A stretch of 64,000 bases of DNA from the human T2T-CHM13v2.0 reference genome, Homo sapiens. Positions 63,855-64,000 of the stretch are shown here, piece after piece; position 1 is the stretch's first letter, and each line of letters begins with the position of its first letter. The position numbers and the translations under genes are program-made. Location: the NCBI RefSeq assembly GCF_009914755.1, contig NC_060926.1; one strand, 5' to 3'. The notes beneath the pieces are model-generated. The model did not search any database, had not been told where the DNA came from, and worked only from the letters and a program-made list of their open reading frames with translations.

Positions 63855-64000
63855 GGCTGGGCGTGGTGGCTCACGCCTGTAATCCCAGCACTTTGGGAGG
63901 CCGAGGCAGGTGGATCACTTGAGGTCAGGCAGGTGGATCACTTGAGGTCAGGAGTTCGAGACCAACCTGGCCAACATGTTGAAACCCCATCTCTACTAAA
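63855..64000 (+). mobile_element. Alu (runs off the window) with an internal 23-bp tandem duplication
   Basis: Consensus; CAGGTGGATCACTTGAGGTCAGG x2. Confidence 0.9.

Overview
Primate (almost certainly human) genomic DNA covering the 3' part of TCF7L1 (TCF3, TCF/LEF HMG-box Wnt effector) on the + strand. It contains the distal ~35 kb of the large intron 3, coding exons 4-12 (all GT-AG, phases consistent) and the 3' UTR with AATAAA at 62353. The exon lengths fit the recalled 588-aa protein if exons 1-3, outside the window, supply 147 codons. The introns are Alu-dense and also hold MIR/L2/L1, MaLR LTRs, DNA-transposon MITEs and a frameshifted SNRPE processed pseudogene. Most ORFs in the track are spurious. 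Signals the standard gene model does not explain: (1) a 231-bp, ~98%-identical non-Alu inverted repeat in intron 3; (2) a CpG-rich candidate in-frame exon/alternative first exon at ~8.1-8.2 kb that would give an N-terminally truncated TCF7L1; (3) inverted Alus flanking exons 5-10, which would circularise into a stop-free 732-nt ORF; (4) a 3' UTR hairpin that masks a miR-17/miR-302 seed site; (5) three co-oriented CTCF motifs in intron 4; (6) a possible fossil splice acceptor linked to loss of the C-clamp exon. Repeat subfamily names and boundaries were assigned by eye and are approximate.
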